Shown here: positions 8,318-17,063 of the stretch, piece after piece
Position numbering within the stretch: the stretch's first letter is position 1
Layout: each line of letters opens with the position of its first letter
Source: a virus
Length of the DNA: 64,000 nt
Direction: 5' to 3' (one strand)
Virus record (IMG/VR): IMGVR_UViG_3300009702_000785
Span: 3,584 to 67,583 of that record
The notes under the pieces: model-generated
What the model was told of the DNA's origin: nothing
The model's database searches: none
The model's input: the letters and a program-made list of their open reading frames with translations, nothing else
Program-made: the position numbers and the translations under genes

Positions 8318-10002
8318 TTTGCCCTCCTAAAAAGGCTTTTGATAACGTCTTTGTTCCCAGTTTTCAGTTGTTTCACAAATTCGTCAGAGTAACAATGTTG
8401 TTCGTCTGATATTTCATCAATTTCTATGCGATGATAGAACTGTAAAACATCTTGCTGGGTGATCCCTCTCATGCTCGGCGGTAAAGAATCATCTGGATCA
8501 TCGGTAGGAGCAGGTTGCAAATTTGCTGGATTTACTAATTCTGATGGGTCAAACGCATAGTCACTGCGAAGATTTACGAGCCAGTCACGATATCGCTTGT
8601 AAAAATCTTCCTTATCCTCAAAACAATAAGGAACAATAACATCATATTTGGGCTTCACGTAGTTGACATAATCACCAACTTGTAGTTCTCCAGATTCTAT
8701 ACGCTCTCTGTCAAATGGGTGTAATCTCGCCCCTCTTCCAATGTTCTGCTGAAACTTAGTGAGATTACATGCTCGTAGAAACACAACGCCAGTCAGCATA
8801 GGAATATCTAATCCCACACCAATCATATCAACGTGAAAGATAATTGCTTCATCAGTGTCCTTCATGTCCCAAACAGAGTGTAAAAATTCTTCTTTGCGTC
8901 GATTGGAAACCAACTTGTAGTGATGACCATCAAACTCAATTCCCCAATCAACACATAACCCGTAAATCTTGATATTAGGGTTGGACTTTCTAAGTTTTTT
9001 GAACTGTCGAGATTCAAACAACCCCCTCATATTGCCTTGTCCATTACATACGACGAGCATTTTAGCACCAATCATATCTGGGTAATCTGACCGTCGCTTC
9101 ACGACTTCTCGGTGTTTTGTAAAAGCCTGATAAATCATATCTGCCTGAGCATTGAATGCTCTTGAATCGACATCTGGTGTGATATTAGAGAACTCAAATT
9201 CATCATCAATGTCGAGTATGCCGTCAATTTCTGGATTTGTTCCTACTATGTGCAGAACTGGACCAACAATGGCTCCTGCTTCGATTAGTTCTCTTGGGGA
9301 ACGTCTAAATACAACAGGTCCGTAAACATCCTCATTGTTCATTCCTTTGCCTTTAGAGGATGCTGTTATTCTGGGGGTAGCAGTTGCGAAGACTTTTTTG
9401 TCTGCATCCAACTCAGTCGCTGCGAAGAAATCATCTTCACAAACTAAAAGCTCCGACTTTCCAGTTGGAAGAAAGTGTGCTTCGTCATAAAAAGAAAAAT
9501 CAACGTGAAAGCCTGCTTGACGTACAGACTTGTTAGAATGATAAGTCGATATCACAAGAACGTTGTAATTAGAGCGAACCAAGAAGTCTACTCGATCCCG
9601 TAGTTTCTTGGGATTTGTTGTACTATAAGCAGGAATTGTGCCTTTAGTACCAGCCTTCTTATGGGCTTTTTCGTATTCAATTCCTGTCTTTCCAACAGGA
9701 TCAGAACCTACAAAAATCAGATGCCACTTTCTTTTACCTTTTCTGTTCTTATTTAGATGAGCATTGCAAGCCTTCGCCCACTGTTTGTTCAAAATAAGAC
9801 GTGGCGTGAAGAAAACAGAGACGAATGGAGTGCTCTTTATTTGAGCAAGCCGAAACGCTATTTCACGACCTATAACCCCCTTGCCGCCTGCTGTGGGTAA
9901 ATCCAGTCTACCTTTGACAATTTCATCGGGAAGAAAGGAGAAAACTGCTTCCTCCTCATAATCCCACAGTTGCTTGATGTCGTCTCTGATATCTCTACTC
10001 AT
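8314..10002 (-). CDS. SF2 helicase/translocase (restriction-type)
   Basis: LPTAGGKG Walker A, FYDEAH Walker B, FATATP motif III, GVGLDIP motif V, QNIGRGAR motif VI. Confidence 0.9.
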   Translation of the reverse strand: MSRDIRDDIKQLWDYEEEAVFSFLPDEIVKGRLDLPTAGGKGVIGREIAFRLAQIKSTPFVSVFFTPRLILNKQWAKACNAHLNKNRKGKRKWHLIFVGSDPVGKTGIEYEKAHKKAGTKGTIPAYSTTNPKKLRDRVDFLVRSNYNVLVISTYHSNKSVRQAGFHVDFSFYDEAHFLPTGKSELLVCEDDFFAATELDADKKVFATATPRITASSKGKGMNNEDVYGPVVFRRSPRELIEAGAIVGPVLHIVGTNPEIDGILDIDDEFEFSNITPDVDSRAFNAQADMIYQAFTKHREVVKRRSDYPDMIGAKMLVVCNGQGNMRGLFESRQFKKLRKSNPNIKIYGLCVDWGIEFDGHHYKLVSNRRKEEFLHSVWDMKDTDEAIIFHVDMIGVGLDIPMLTGVVFLRACNLTKFQQNIGRGARLHPFDRERIESGELQVGDYVNYVKPKYDVIVPYCFEDKEDFYKRYRDWLVNLRSDYAFDPSELVNPANLQPAPTDDPDDSLPPSMRGITQQDVLQFYHRIEIDEISDEQHCYSDEFVKQLKTGNKDVIKSLFRRAK

Positions 10003-10648
10003 TCGATTCTAATGCCTTCAACCAAGAGTCTCTGAATGTGTTCCAAAAATGAAGATTATTGTCAACTTTTCGTCGCAAATCTCGTCTGGTAATTTCGTGA
10101 ACTTCTGGCAACATAAAACCTGCCGCGTTCACACCTAAACATTTCCCAGAATGGATGACTGTCATATTACATTTTCCATTTTCATCAGGTATCGAGTCAA
10201 CTCCAAAGCCACCAATATCTGGATGGGAATAAGAATTTTTGGCAAAATTCCCCAGATGGTCGTTATTAGTGCTTAGTTCATGATTCGCTTGTCGATATTT
10301 GAATTGCACGGTGTGGATTTTGCCGTTTAGACCAAGACCGCTACCATCTACACCTCGGTCTTCTCCCTCTTCTATTACGTTATAGGATGTAGGTTCGATA
10401 CCAACTTTTTTGTCGGTGCCAAATACTCTTATGAAGCATTCGCCAAATAGCTCGAATCCATCCCCTTTGTATTGATTGAGAAGTTCTTCATCGGCAGGTC
10501 TAATCCATCCGTCATCTGGACCTGTAGCATAACGTTCTGCTTGTTTTTCAAGTCTGTTGGCAAAAGTGTTAAAAAGGGTACAATCTTGAAGCAGACCAAC
10601 TGGGTCAATGCATCGATGCAGAAACGGATGCGTTAATTGAACAATCAT
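9995..10648 (-). CDS. Mrr-like PD-(D/E)xK restriction endonuclease
   Basis: GDGFELF...DRGVDG...VQFKY (E...D...QxK pattern); GGAGA SD. Confidence 0.72.
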   Translation of the reverse strand: MIVQLTHPFLHRCIDPVGLLQDCTLFNTFANRLEKQAERYATGPDDGWIRPADEELLNQYKGDGFELFGECFIRVFGTDKKVGIEPTSYNVIEEGEDRGVDGSGLGLNGKIHTVQFKYRQANHELSTNNDHLGNFAKNSYSHPDIGGFGVDSIPDENGKCNMTVIHSGKCLGVNAAGFMLPEVHEITRRDLRRKVDNNLHFWNTFRDSWLKALESNE

Positions 10649-10689
10649 GTTTCGTCTCCAGAGTCATTCTCTTCACACACCACGCTCTC

Positions 10690-10719
10690 ATTATACCATT
10701 CAACTGCCAGAGAAAACAA
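10690..10719 (-). promoter_or_regulatory. Sigma70-like promoter for the cargo operon
   Basis: TGGTATAAT extended -10 (10690-10698), about 40 nt upstream of the 10648 start. Confidence 0.6.
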
Positions 10720-10734
10720 ATTTCTCCAACATAT

Positions 10735-10764
10735 TCTCAGATTTCCGTAGATTTTTCAGAACAG
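10735..10764 (-). repeat. IS607 left-end subterminal inverted repeat
   Basis: Minus strand CTGTTCTGAAAAATCTACGGAAATCTGAGA, 24/30 identical to the right end. Confidence 0.88.
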
Positions 10765-10772
10765 TTCTTTAA

Positions 10773-11126
10773 CCCCTTACTTCCGCAGAAGATGCGTTAA
10801 AATCAATCCTAGAGGCTCTGGGATACCTTGTAGTCCCATTTAATCACAGGACAAACGTTGATCCTGCAAATATTGTCTATATGCAGATGCCTGTGCACAG
10901 ATATGCTGTGGATTTTGCTCTGCCGTCTGCACATATTTGTTTAGAAGCAGACGGAGATTGGTGGCATCGAGCCGCCCAGAAGAAGTTGAGGGATCGCAAC
11001 CGTGACGTTAAAATACGCACACTGGGATGGCAGGTACTTCGGTTCCAAGCCAAGATACTAGAGAAATACCCCTCCATTGCTATTGAACAGGTCAGGCGAG
11101 GTATTGAAGGATTACAAACAGTCTAA
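10773..11126 (+). pseudogene. DUF559/Vsr-like endonuclease gene interrupted by IS607 (first codons at 3441-3448)
   Basis: Open frame from 10773: PLTSAEDALKSIL...YAVDFA...LEADGDWWH...RDRNRD...LGWQVLRF. Confidence 0.8.
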
Positions 11127-11153
11127 TGCTACGAGATTACGTTCATAGGTTTT

Positions 11154-11528
11154 GAGAGAAAGAAACCCCTTCCTTTATGGAAGGGGGAGGAGTATAATGC
11201 ACCACTGCTTTGCTCTTTGCTTTGCTCTTTCAAAAGTCAATAGGTATCTGGTTGTTCTGAAAAACAGTTCCTTCAGGACGTAAAACCTAGTAAGGTCGCC
11301 GTTTAAGTTCTCAGTTAATTCTCCTTAAGGCACTTCCTTTGGAAGAAAACGGTTTCACGGGAGTTATGAACTTAAACATTCTCAAAAGGCTATATGTTTT
11401 TTGAGAGGGCTGATTCAAGTCTATGGTTCTGTTAAGAATCATTGTAAAGCCTTACGCTCTCTACTTAATCCTTGCTTTGAGATTAAGAGATTGAGCAATC
11501 CCCTCCCTTTATGGGAGGGGTTCTTGAA
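11154..11528. mobile_element. Non-autonomous IS200/IS605-family element with a structured non-coding core (omega/HEARO-like)
   Basis: Twin subterminal hairpins (CCCCTTCC-TTTAT-GGAAGGGG, CCCCTCCC-TTTAT-GGGAGGGG) with the same architecture as the 18030-19771 element. Internal 10-bp inverted repeat GTTTAAGTTC/GAACTTAAAC. No ORF. Confidence 0.7.
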
Positions 11529-12288
11529 CTAAGGTCTTATCTTGCTTGAGAGCAGACCTGATCTTGGCAAGAGCGATGTTTTGAATCTGCCGCGCTCGCT
11601 CTTTAGTTACCTCATAGCAGTTGCCAATCTCAACCAGCTTCATGCCTTCAGAAAAACGCATATGGACTACTTCCTGTTCTTGATCTGTTAATCCACTGTA
11701 GTTCACGGCAACTTTTATACGGTCAACCAGGAAGTCGATTTTACCATCATTCTCCAGAGATTTATCTGGCACATCGATATCCGAAACATCCAGTATAGGC
11801 GAACGACTCAGCAAGGATGCAACGTGGTTGTACTGATGCAACAATGCCCTGTAAGCATAAGTCGAGAATCGATGGCCACGCCACGGATCAAAGCATTCAA
11901 CTGACCTGATTAGGGTCATGCTGCCAGCGCTGATGAATTCAGTTTTGTCTCGATATACTGCGGCACAAGTTGACTTACGCAGACATTCATAAACTAGACC
12001 CATATTCCCTGAGACCAGACGGTTTCGCAAGAGCATAAACATCTGATACCAGAACTTGATCCGCTTACTACCTTCATTCTGTGCCTTGTAAAGACGGAAC
12101 TTTACAAAGTGGAAAGCCTTGAAGTATGCCTGCTCATCTGGGATGGGTGAGGTATCCTTACTGAAAGCAGTTGTGATCGGCTTGTCGTACAGATCGATAG
12201 GGTTCAGGTATTTCTTTGCGGCTCCCTTTTGTTCTAGCTCTTTTACATGTTGTTTGTTGTATTGATTGCAGGTTGTAGAAATAGCCAT
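11509..12288 (-). CDS. RNA polymerase sigma-70 family factor
   Basis: Region 2 (RNRLVSGNMGLV...FDPWRGHRFSTYAY) and region 4 (LTDQEQEVV..RF...LVEIG....VTKERARQIQ). GGAGG SD before 12288. Confidence 0.9.
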   Translation of the reverse strand: MAISTTCNQYNKQHVKELEQKGAAKKYLNPIDLYDKPITTAFSKDTSPIPDEQAYFKAFHFVKFRLYKAQNEGSKRIKFWYQMFMLLRNRLVSGNMGLVYECLRKSTCAAVYRDKTEFISAGSMTLIRSVECFDPWRGHRFSTYAYRALLHQYNHVASLLSRSPILDVSDIDVPDKSLENDGKIDFLVDRIKVAVNYSGLTDQEQEVVHMRFSEGMKLVEIGNCYEVTKERARQIQNIALAKIRSALKQDKTLVQEPLP

Positions 12289-12391
12289 GCGGAAGCCTCC
12301 GAATTGGGTGTATCCTTTTGTACTTATAGGATACAACATTCTGGAGAAATGTCAAGAGGGACGGCAGAGAAATCTACCGTCCCTCTCAATT

Positions 12392-12769
12392 TTACCAATA
12401 GAGCCATCGAATGTTGTTTCGATAGCCAGGGAGGATCAAGTCCTCCCATTCGCCCGTCAGAAACGCTTTACGTATGGCTGCCTTTTCACGACTCCGCTGT
12501 TGGCGATTTTGATCCCGGCGAAATTCTGCTGGGACCGGCCCCATACCGCATTGCTCGTAGCAAACCCCGTAGTTCTCACGGACCCAACGATCACGCTTGT
12601 TGTGCCAGTGATCCCATTCGGGATTTTTGTTCCACCATACCGTGCCCGGCACGGAGTAAGGTGGTTCAGGGTGGGTTTTGTCGTACAAGTCGTAGGCTGT
12701 GAAGCTTTGACACTTCCGAGTAGCCTTACGCAAGTCACGACGTTTCCCGTCGTTGTTGCTGTCACGCAT
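12392..12769 (-). CDS. Hypothetical basic protein
   Basis: 125 aa, co-directional with neighbours, GGAGA SD. Confidence 0.55.
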   Translation of the reverse strand: MRDSNNDGKRRDLRKATRKCQSFTAYDLYDKTHPEPPYSVPGTVWWNKNPEWDHWHNKRDRWVRENYGVCYEQCGMGPVPAEFRRDQNRQQRSREKAAIRKAFLTGEWEDLILPGYRNNIRWLYW

Positions 12770-12854
12770 TTCAGGTCTCCTTTGTAAGTTACCTAAAGCA
12801 TAACAATCCTCCCCTTGCTACGAACCAGAACCATTTCATCATGACATTACCCCT

Positions 12855-12965
12855 TTAGCCGACGAATAGCGATGAGATGGCGTTGAAAATACCGCCAAAG
12901 GTCAAAGCCCATAGGCCGGTGGCGAATACTGCAAAGCCTTCACCAAAAAACTTGAAAAAGTCCAT
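12855..12965 (-). CDS. 36-aa hydrophobic peptide (MDFFKFFGEGFAVFATGLWALTFGGIFNAISSLFVG)
   Basis: Translated by hand; GAGGAG SD; one predicted membrane segment. Confidence 0.55.
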   Translation of the reverse strand: MDFFKFFGEGFAVFATGLWALTFGGIFNAISSLFVG

Positions 12966-13081
12966 CTGATTTCTCCTCTAAAGAACTCTACTCTTGGTCG
13001 TTGTGACCACTTGCACAGGTACAGCCTACGAGGCTGAATCCTGACATTACAAAGTACATTATAAGGCATCCTGCTCCGAAG

Positions 13082-13465
13082 TCAAGAAAAAAACTTGGAA
13101 ACGGCGTCCAACTCTTCAGAAGCCTTGGTGGGATCAGAAGTTGCGTGGGCGATGTTTTTGGGCAATTCGATAAAATTCACGAATCTACGTCTGAATGCCT
13201 CGACAATTTCCCTGCATTTGGGTACTGCGTCGTCGCCCTCAACTTCGATAAGTACTGCTGGACCACTTATGATATGTTCGATATTGCGTGCGAAGAAGTC
13301 TTTGCCTTTATGTTCAGCATAAAGTGCTTCCGCCTCAGTCTTGCTTAGTGTTTTGCAGGTCATTCGTGAAATCTTCAGGTCTGTGTATTCAATCTCACTA
13401 ATAACCAACCCGATTAACTTAAGTTCAACACCATCAGGCTTGACCATTACGAGCGTTTTTTCCAT
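13082..13465 (-). CDS. ndk: Nucleoside diphosphate kinase
   Basis: EKTLVMVKPDGV, HKGKDFF, ISGP, NIAHATS (catalytic His). Confidence 0.92.
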   Translation of the reverse strand: MEKTLVMVKPDGVELKLIGLVISEIEYTDLKISRMTCKTLSKTEAEALYAEHKGKDFFARNIEHIISGPAVLIEVEGDDAVPKCREIVEAFRRRFVNFIELPKNIAHATSDPTKASEELDAVSKFFS

Positions 13466-13485
13466 CTTCAATTTCCTTTCCGCAA

Positions 13486-13710
13486 TCAGGACACTTTGAT
13501 GGGTGGTTGGATTTTTCCACGATCTTTTTGAACCACAAGGTCTGGCCTATCAGGCGCGTGATGTCCCAAAGGACAATTAACCCGGCTACCTGTAATGCTC
13601 CCCACCATTCCATTATCTATACCCCATAAATCGTCGATAAGTGATGTTCTAAGTAATCGCCTTAAGAAAAGGTAGCCACCTTCATCGTCGCTGTCAGATG
13701 TGTCGTTCAT
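13486..13710 (-). CDS. Hypothetical protein
   Basis: 74 aa after an AGGA SD; co-directional. Confidence 0.45.
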   Translation of the reverse strand: MNDTSDSDDEGGYLFLRRLLRTSLIDDLWGIDNGMVGSITGSRVNCPLGHHAPDRPDLVVQKDRGKIQPPIKVS

Positions 13711-13753
13711 TTTTCCTTTCCTCAACAAACCACACGCACGATCAATTATGCGC

Positions 13754-14782
13754 CTATTTCTCACTGCTTTCCTTCATTTTCTGATCGAATTCTTGGAGCA
13801 GTTTTTGAGCATCTTCCGGTATATTGGTAGGTATATTGACTTTCACTTCGACCAACTGATCGCCTTGTGGTTTGCTCTGAATGGAAGGCATTCCTTTACC
13901 ACAGACTCTAAACGTTTGACCATACTGAGTACCTGCTGGAATGCGTAATTCAACAGTCTCATCGTACAAAGTTGGGACTTCAATCTTGGCTCCAAGACAA
14001 GCTTGAGTAACTGAAATAGCCTTGTTGACCAGGATGTTCTGTCCACGTCTATTGAACACAGGATCACGTAAAACTTGAATAAAGACGAATACATTGCCCC
14101 TTGGTAATTTCAAATCCTCTTGATGCCCTTGGGCTCCAATATGTGATCTGTCACCTGTATCTGCCCCCGGTGGTATCTCAATTGTAAAAGTAGGACGGTC
14201 TACGATTAGACCCTCGCCCTCGCAGATGGTACATGGATGAGTAATGTGGATGCCTGAACCTTTGCAAGTGGGACAAGTGGTAATAGCTCTCATCATAAAA
14301 CCACCACCTATTTGTCGTTCTACCTGCCCATACCCACCACAGGTTGCACAAGATAATCCTGTGCCGCCTTGTCCTTTACAATCCGAGCAGTAAGTATACC
14401 GTTCAAATGATATTTCTTTCTTGCAGCCTAGCGCGGCTTCTTTTAGTGAGATACGTACTCCCAGCTTGATACTGGAATTATGTCGTTCGACTCTCATTCC
14501 TCCCCACATATGCTGATGAATGTCCTCGGGACTGAATCCTCCCCCACCTGCAAACCCTTGAGGAATATCAGGTCCGAAGCGATCATACATTTCACGCTTT
14601 TCGGGATCGCTCAACACCTTATTCGCCTTGGCAACATCTTTGAACTTTTGTTCCGCGTCAGGATCATCGGGGTTGCAGTCGGGATGATATTTGAGTGCTA
14701 ACTTGCGATACGCTTTCTTGATTTCATCTGCCGTTGCAGTTTTCTCAACGCCTAGCAGTTCGTAGTAATTAGTCGTTGGCAT
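13754..14782 (-). CDS. dnaJ: Chaperone DnaJ
   Basis: J domain with HPD, G/F region, four CxxCxGxG repeats, C-terminal domain. Confidence 0.95.
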   Translation of the reverse strand: MPTTNYYELLGVEKTATADEIKKAYRKLALKYHPDCNPDDPDAEQKFKDVAKANKVLSDPEKREMYDRFGPDIPQGFAGGGGFSPEDIHQHMWGGMRVERHNSSIKLGVRISLKEAALGCKKEISFERYTYCSDCKGQGGTGLSCATCGGYGQVERQIGGGFMMRAITTCPTCKGSGIHITHPCTICEGEGLIVDRPTFTIEIPPGADTGDRSHIGAQGHQEDLKLPRGNVFVFIQVLRDPVFNRRGQNILVNKAISVTQACLGAKIEVPTLYDETVELRIPAGTQYGQTFRVCGKGMPSIQSKPQGDQLVEVKVNIPTNIPEDAQKLLQEFDQKMKESSEK

Positions 14783-15233
14783 TATATTCCTTAATCTCTT
14801 GTGTGGCTATCTTATCACAAATGGTATTTTCAGGGTGGCCCGAGTGCCCCTTAACCAATTGGTATTCGACCGTTTCTAGCTTATCTAACTCGATCCTGAT
14901 GTGTTTCCAGAGGTCGAGATTCATAATGGCATCGCCGTTTTTCTTCTGCCAACCATACTTGCGCCAATTAAGACTCCAGAGCCTCATTCCTTCTAAGACA
15001 TAGAAGCTGTCTAATACGATCTTCAAGGGTTGGTCACCTACTTCACGGTTGAAGTATTCCAACCCCTTGAGGACTCCCATCAGTTCCATGCGGTTGTTAG
15101 TAGAATTAGGATCGCAGCCTGATTCAAGTGCAGTGGGCTCTGACTTATCGCTTTCGCGCAGTAAAAACGCCCACCCACCAACACCAGGGTTGGGTTGACA
15201 GGCTCCATCGGCGTATAGATCGTACATAGACAT
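14769..15233 (-). CDS. rnhA: Ribonuclease HI
   Basis: [38 protein letters not shown]. Confidence 0.95.
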   Translation of the reverse strand: MSMYDLYADGACQPNPGVGGWAFLLRESDKSEPTALESGCDPNSTNNRMELMGVLKGLEYFNREVGDQPLKIVLDSFYVLEGMRLWSLNWRKYGWQKKNGDAIMNLDLWKHIRIELDKLETVEYQLVKGHSGHPENTICDKIATQEIKEYNAND

Positions 15234-15240
15234 CCACTAC

Positions 15241-15269
15241 ATTATACAAGAGAGGACTGCGACCGTCAA
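15241..15269 (-). promoter_or_regulatory. Sigma70 promoter of rnhA-dnaJ-ndk
   Basis: TTGACG-N17-TATAAT. Confidence 0.75.
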
Positions 15270-15305
15270 GTCACAATCCCCCTCTACCCTAAAAGGATCG
15301 TCTTT

Positions 15306-15635
15306 CTAATCGAATGTCTTGAGGATCGTTTGGAATTCGGACACGATCTTTCTGTATTTGGATGTCCTCCTGTCTAGAAATTTTGGTAGTACCTTCTCGC
15401 ACAATCTTATACGCTTGCGAATAAAATGCATCTCTTGTTGGCTGATACCATCTTTGCAAAGCGCAAAATCAATGCCGTCGAACAAACTCTCAAAGATTGT
15501 TCTCCAGTCTTCTCGGTGAATTTTACGGACAGGGGAAGTGCCGCTAATCTTGCTATTGGCATATCGTTTTTGCTTTCTCAGCCGGGTGCTGCATTCGATT
15601 TCTTCAATAATTTGTCGATTGCTTTTCCTTGACAT
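15306..15635 (-). CDS. Hypothetical protein
   Basis: 109 aa, GGGAGG SD. Confidence 0.65.
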   Translation of the reverse strand: MSRKSNRQIIEEIECSTRLRKQKRYANSKISGTSPVRKIHREDWRTIFESLFDGIDFALCKDGISQQEMHFIRKRIRLCEKVLPKFLDRRTSKYRKIVSEFQTILKTFD

Positions 15636-15693
15636 GATAACCCTCCCATAGAAAGGACAGGGTTATATACGGAAAAAAGCATTCAAGTTCCCG

Positions 15694-16098
15694 TCACAAC
15701 TTGGGCCAAACATAAGGAAGATTTGGTGTTTCTGACCAACCAAATTGGCCGTACCAAGAAGGGAGTTTGCGTAGCAAGTTAGACCGATGAGAAGCATGAA
15801 AATCTTCATCACCGAACCACGGTGGCATACGAACACATTTGATTGGAATAACTTCCATTGTATTATTGTACCCACGCCTGATCCATTCCAATATACACAG
15901 GTTCATATACCGGGTTAATGCGTTACTATATCCTTTCCACATTTTAGCGGCGGGATGATTAATCCATCCTTTCTTGTTGTAATCAGGTGAGATCACGTTC
16001 AGAAGCTGGCTAGCTTCAACGCGTTGTTTTCCTAATCGCCGCCAATCAAGGCAGGCGACAGACTGTTCAAAAGATGAGTATGGGAGAAATGTTTGCAT
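15694..16098 (-). CDS. Pyrimidine-dimer DNA glycosylase (DenV-like / MSMEG_6728 type)
   Basis: MQTFLPY...LD..RLGKQRVEA.Q...W.NHPAAKMW...FHASHRSNLLRK. Confidence 0.85.
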   Translation of the reverse strand: MQTFLPYSSFEQSVACLDWRRLGKQRVEASQLLNVISPDYNKKGWINHPAAKMWKGYSNALTRYMNLCILEWIRRGYNNTMEVIPIKCVRMPPWFGDEDFHASHRSNLLRKLPSWYGQFGWSETPNLPYVWPKL

Positions 16099-16394
16099 TA
16101 TCCTACAAAAAGCGTTTCAGTATCAAGGAAAACAGTTTTGCCACTTAACTCATCCCAGTGCAGATATTTACCGTGACAAGACCATATTTCACTATAATCA
16201 CCATCCACCTGTTTGATCTTGCCAGTTGGGGTTCCTTCAATATGGTTGGCTTTGACCTTCTCATCTTCTGTGAACTTGGTATCAATGGTTGTACCTAATG
16301 ACTTTGTATGTTTCGTCTCGATAGGACGAAATATATAACCACCAGCACGGAAGTAGAATCCATGTTTGTCTTTACAAACTTTCGTCTTTTGCAT
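16098..16394 (-). CDS. Hypothetical protein
   Basis: 98 aa, translationally coupled. Confidence 0.6.
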   Translation of the reverse strand: MQKTKVCKDKHGFYFRAGGYIFRPIETKHTKSLGTTIDTKFTEDEKVKANHIEGTPTGKIKQVDGDYSEIWSCHGKYLHWDELSGKTVFLDTETLFVG

Positions 16395-16851
16395 TCTTCC
16401 AACTCACTGTACAACCGACTTCCACCAAAGCTGCGGCAAATCGTTGCGCGCCTTCACTAGTCAAAAAGAATGTATAAGGAACTTCGTCTGTGATTGCTTT
16501 TGATTCTTTTAGTCCAAGATGTAAGTGTTCTCGGATCACTTTGATGGTTGCAATCTTTTTCGGAATTGTCTCCAAAACCAAACAGTGATCTAACGGGTGG
16601 TTGTCTCTGGCAGCAGACCATTCCATCTCATTCAATTCAAACGGACCATCTTTGTCAACCAGAAAATATTTGTCTGGCTCTACTTCCACTGCTTTTCGCG
16701 GGCGAACTTCTGCATCACCCCCACAATCTAAGGAGCCACAACCAATTGCATTTTGGAGGGCTTTAGATTCACTCTCGAATATACCTAAAGTGCGGCCATC
16801 ACCCACATTACCGTAATCGCCCCGCACTTCGTATACGTCAATAACTTTCAT
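16372..16851 (-). CDS. Protein with a C-terminal ribosomal L7/L12-like domain
   Basis: KKIATIKVIREHLHLGLKESKAITDEVP...AQRFAAALVEVGCTV. Confidence 0.75.
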   Translation of the reverse strand: MKVIDVYEVRGDYGNVGDGRTLGIFESESKALQNAIGCGSLDCGGDAEVRPRKAVEVEPDKYFLVDKDGPFELNEMEWSAARDNHPLDHCLVLETIPKKIATIKVIREHLHLGLKESKAITDEVPYTFFLTSEGAQRFAAALVEVGCTVSWKNAKDESL

Positions 16852-16911
16852 AACCGCCTCACAGTGTAATGGAAATAGTACCACTGAACAGTGTCCGTAT
16901 TATTCTTCAAA

Positions 16912-17014
16912 TGCGGGTGGTGGGAGTCGAACCCACACACCCTTTCGGGCAAGGGATTTTAGCGAGAGAATCTATTCTCGAAGTCCCTAGCGTCTGCCAT
17001 TCCGCCACACCCGC
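16912..17014 (-). tRNA. tRNA-Leu(UAA) with a 20-nt hairpin insertion in the anticodon loop
   Basis: Complete Leu body (GCGGGTG/CACCCGC, long variable arm, TTCGA). Stem AGGGA/TCCCT encloses 27 nt = CTTAAAA + 20 nt. Confidence 0.8.
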
Positions 17015-17063
17015 TATGGTGACGCCTTGCAGTTAGGTTTACAGGCGGCCCCTTCGAGTAGCC

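Larger units (their letters stand above)
3447..10774 (-). mobile_element. IS607-family transposon with cargo (~7.3 kb)
   Basis: Contains serine-recombinase TnpA and TnpB. 30-bp imperfect inverted repeats near both ends. CC/GG core at both junctions. Removing the element restores an in-frame DUF559 gene (ATG AAA CCC CTT ACT...). Confidence 0.88.

Noticed and set aside
3447-10774. IStron (self-splicing IS607)
   Set aside because: The element is antisense to the interrupted gene and has no recognisable group I core at its left end.
11253-11264. TGTTCTGAAAAA match to the IS607 left end
   Set aside because: A single AT-rich 12-mer without the CTACGGAAATCTG core; probably chance.
12247-12787. Plus-strand ORFs 12247-12702 and 12266-12787
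   Set aside because: Antisense shadows of minus-strand genes with no recognisable motifs.
16951-16990. Canonical 37/38 BHB intron giving an Arg(UCG) anticodon
   Set aside because: No bulge-helix-bulge pairing can be drawn, and the body is Leu-type.
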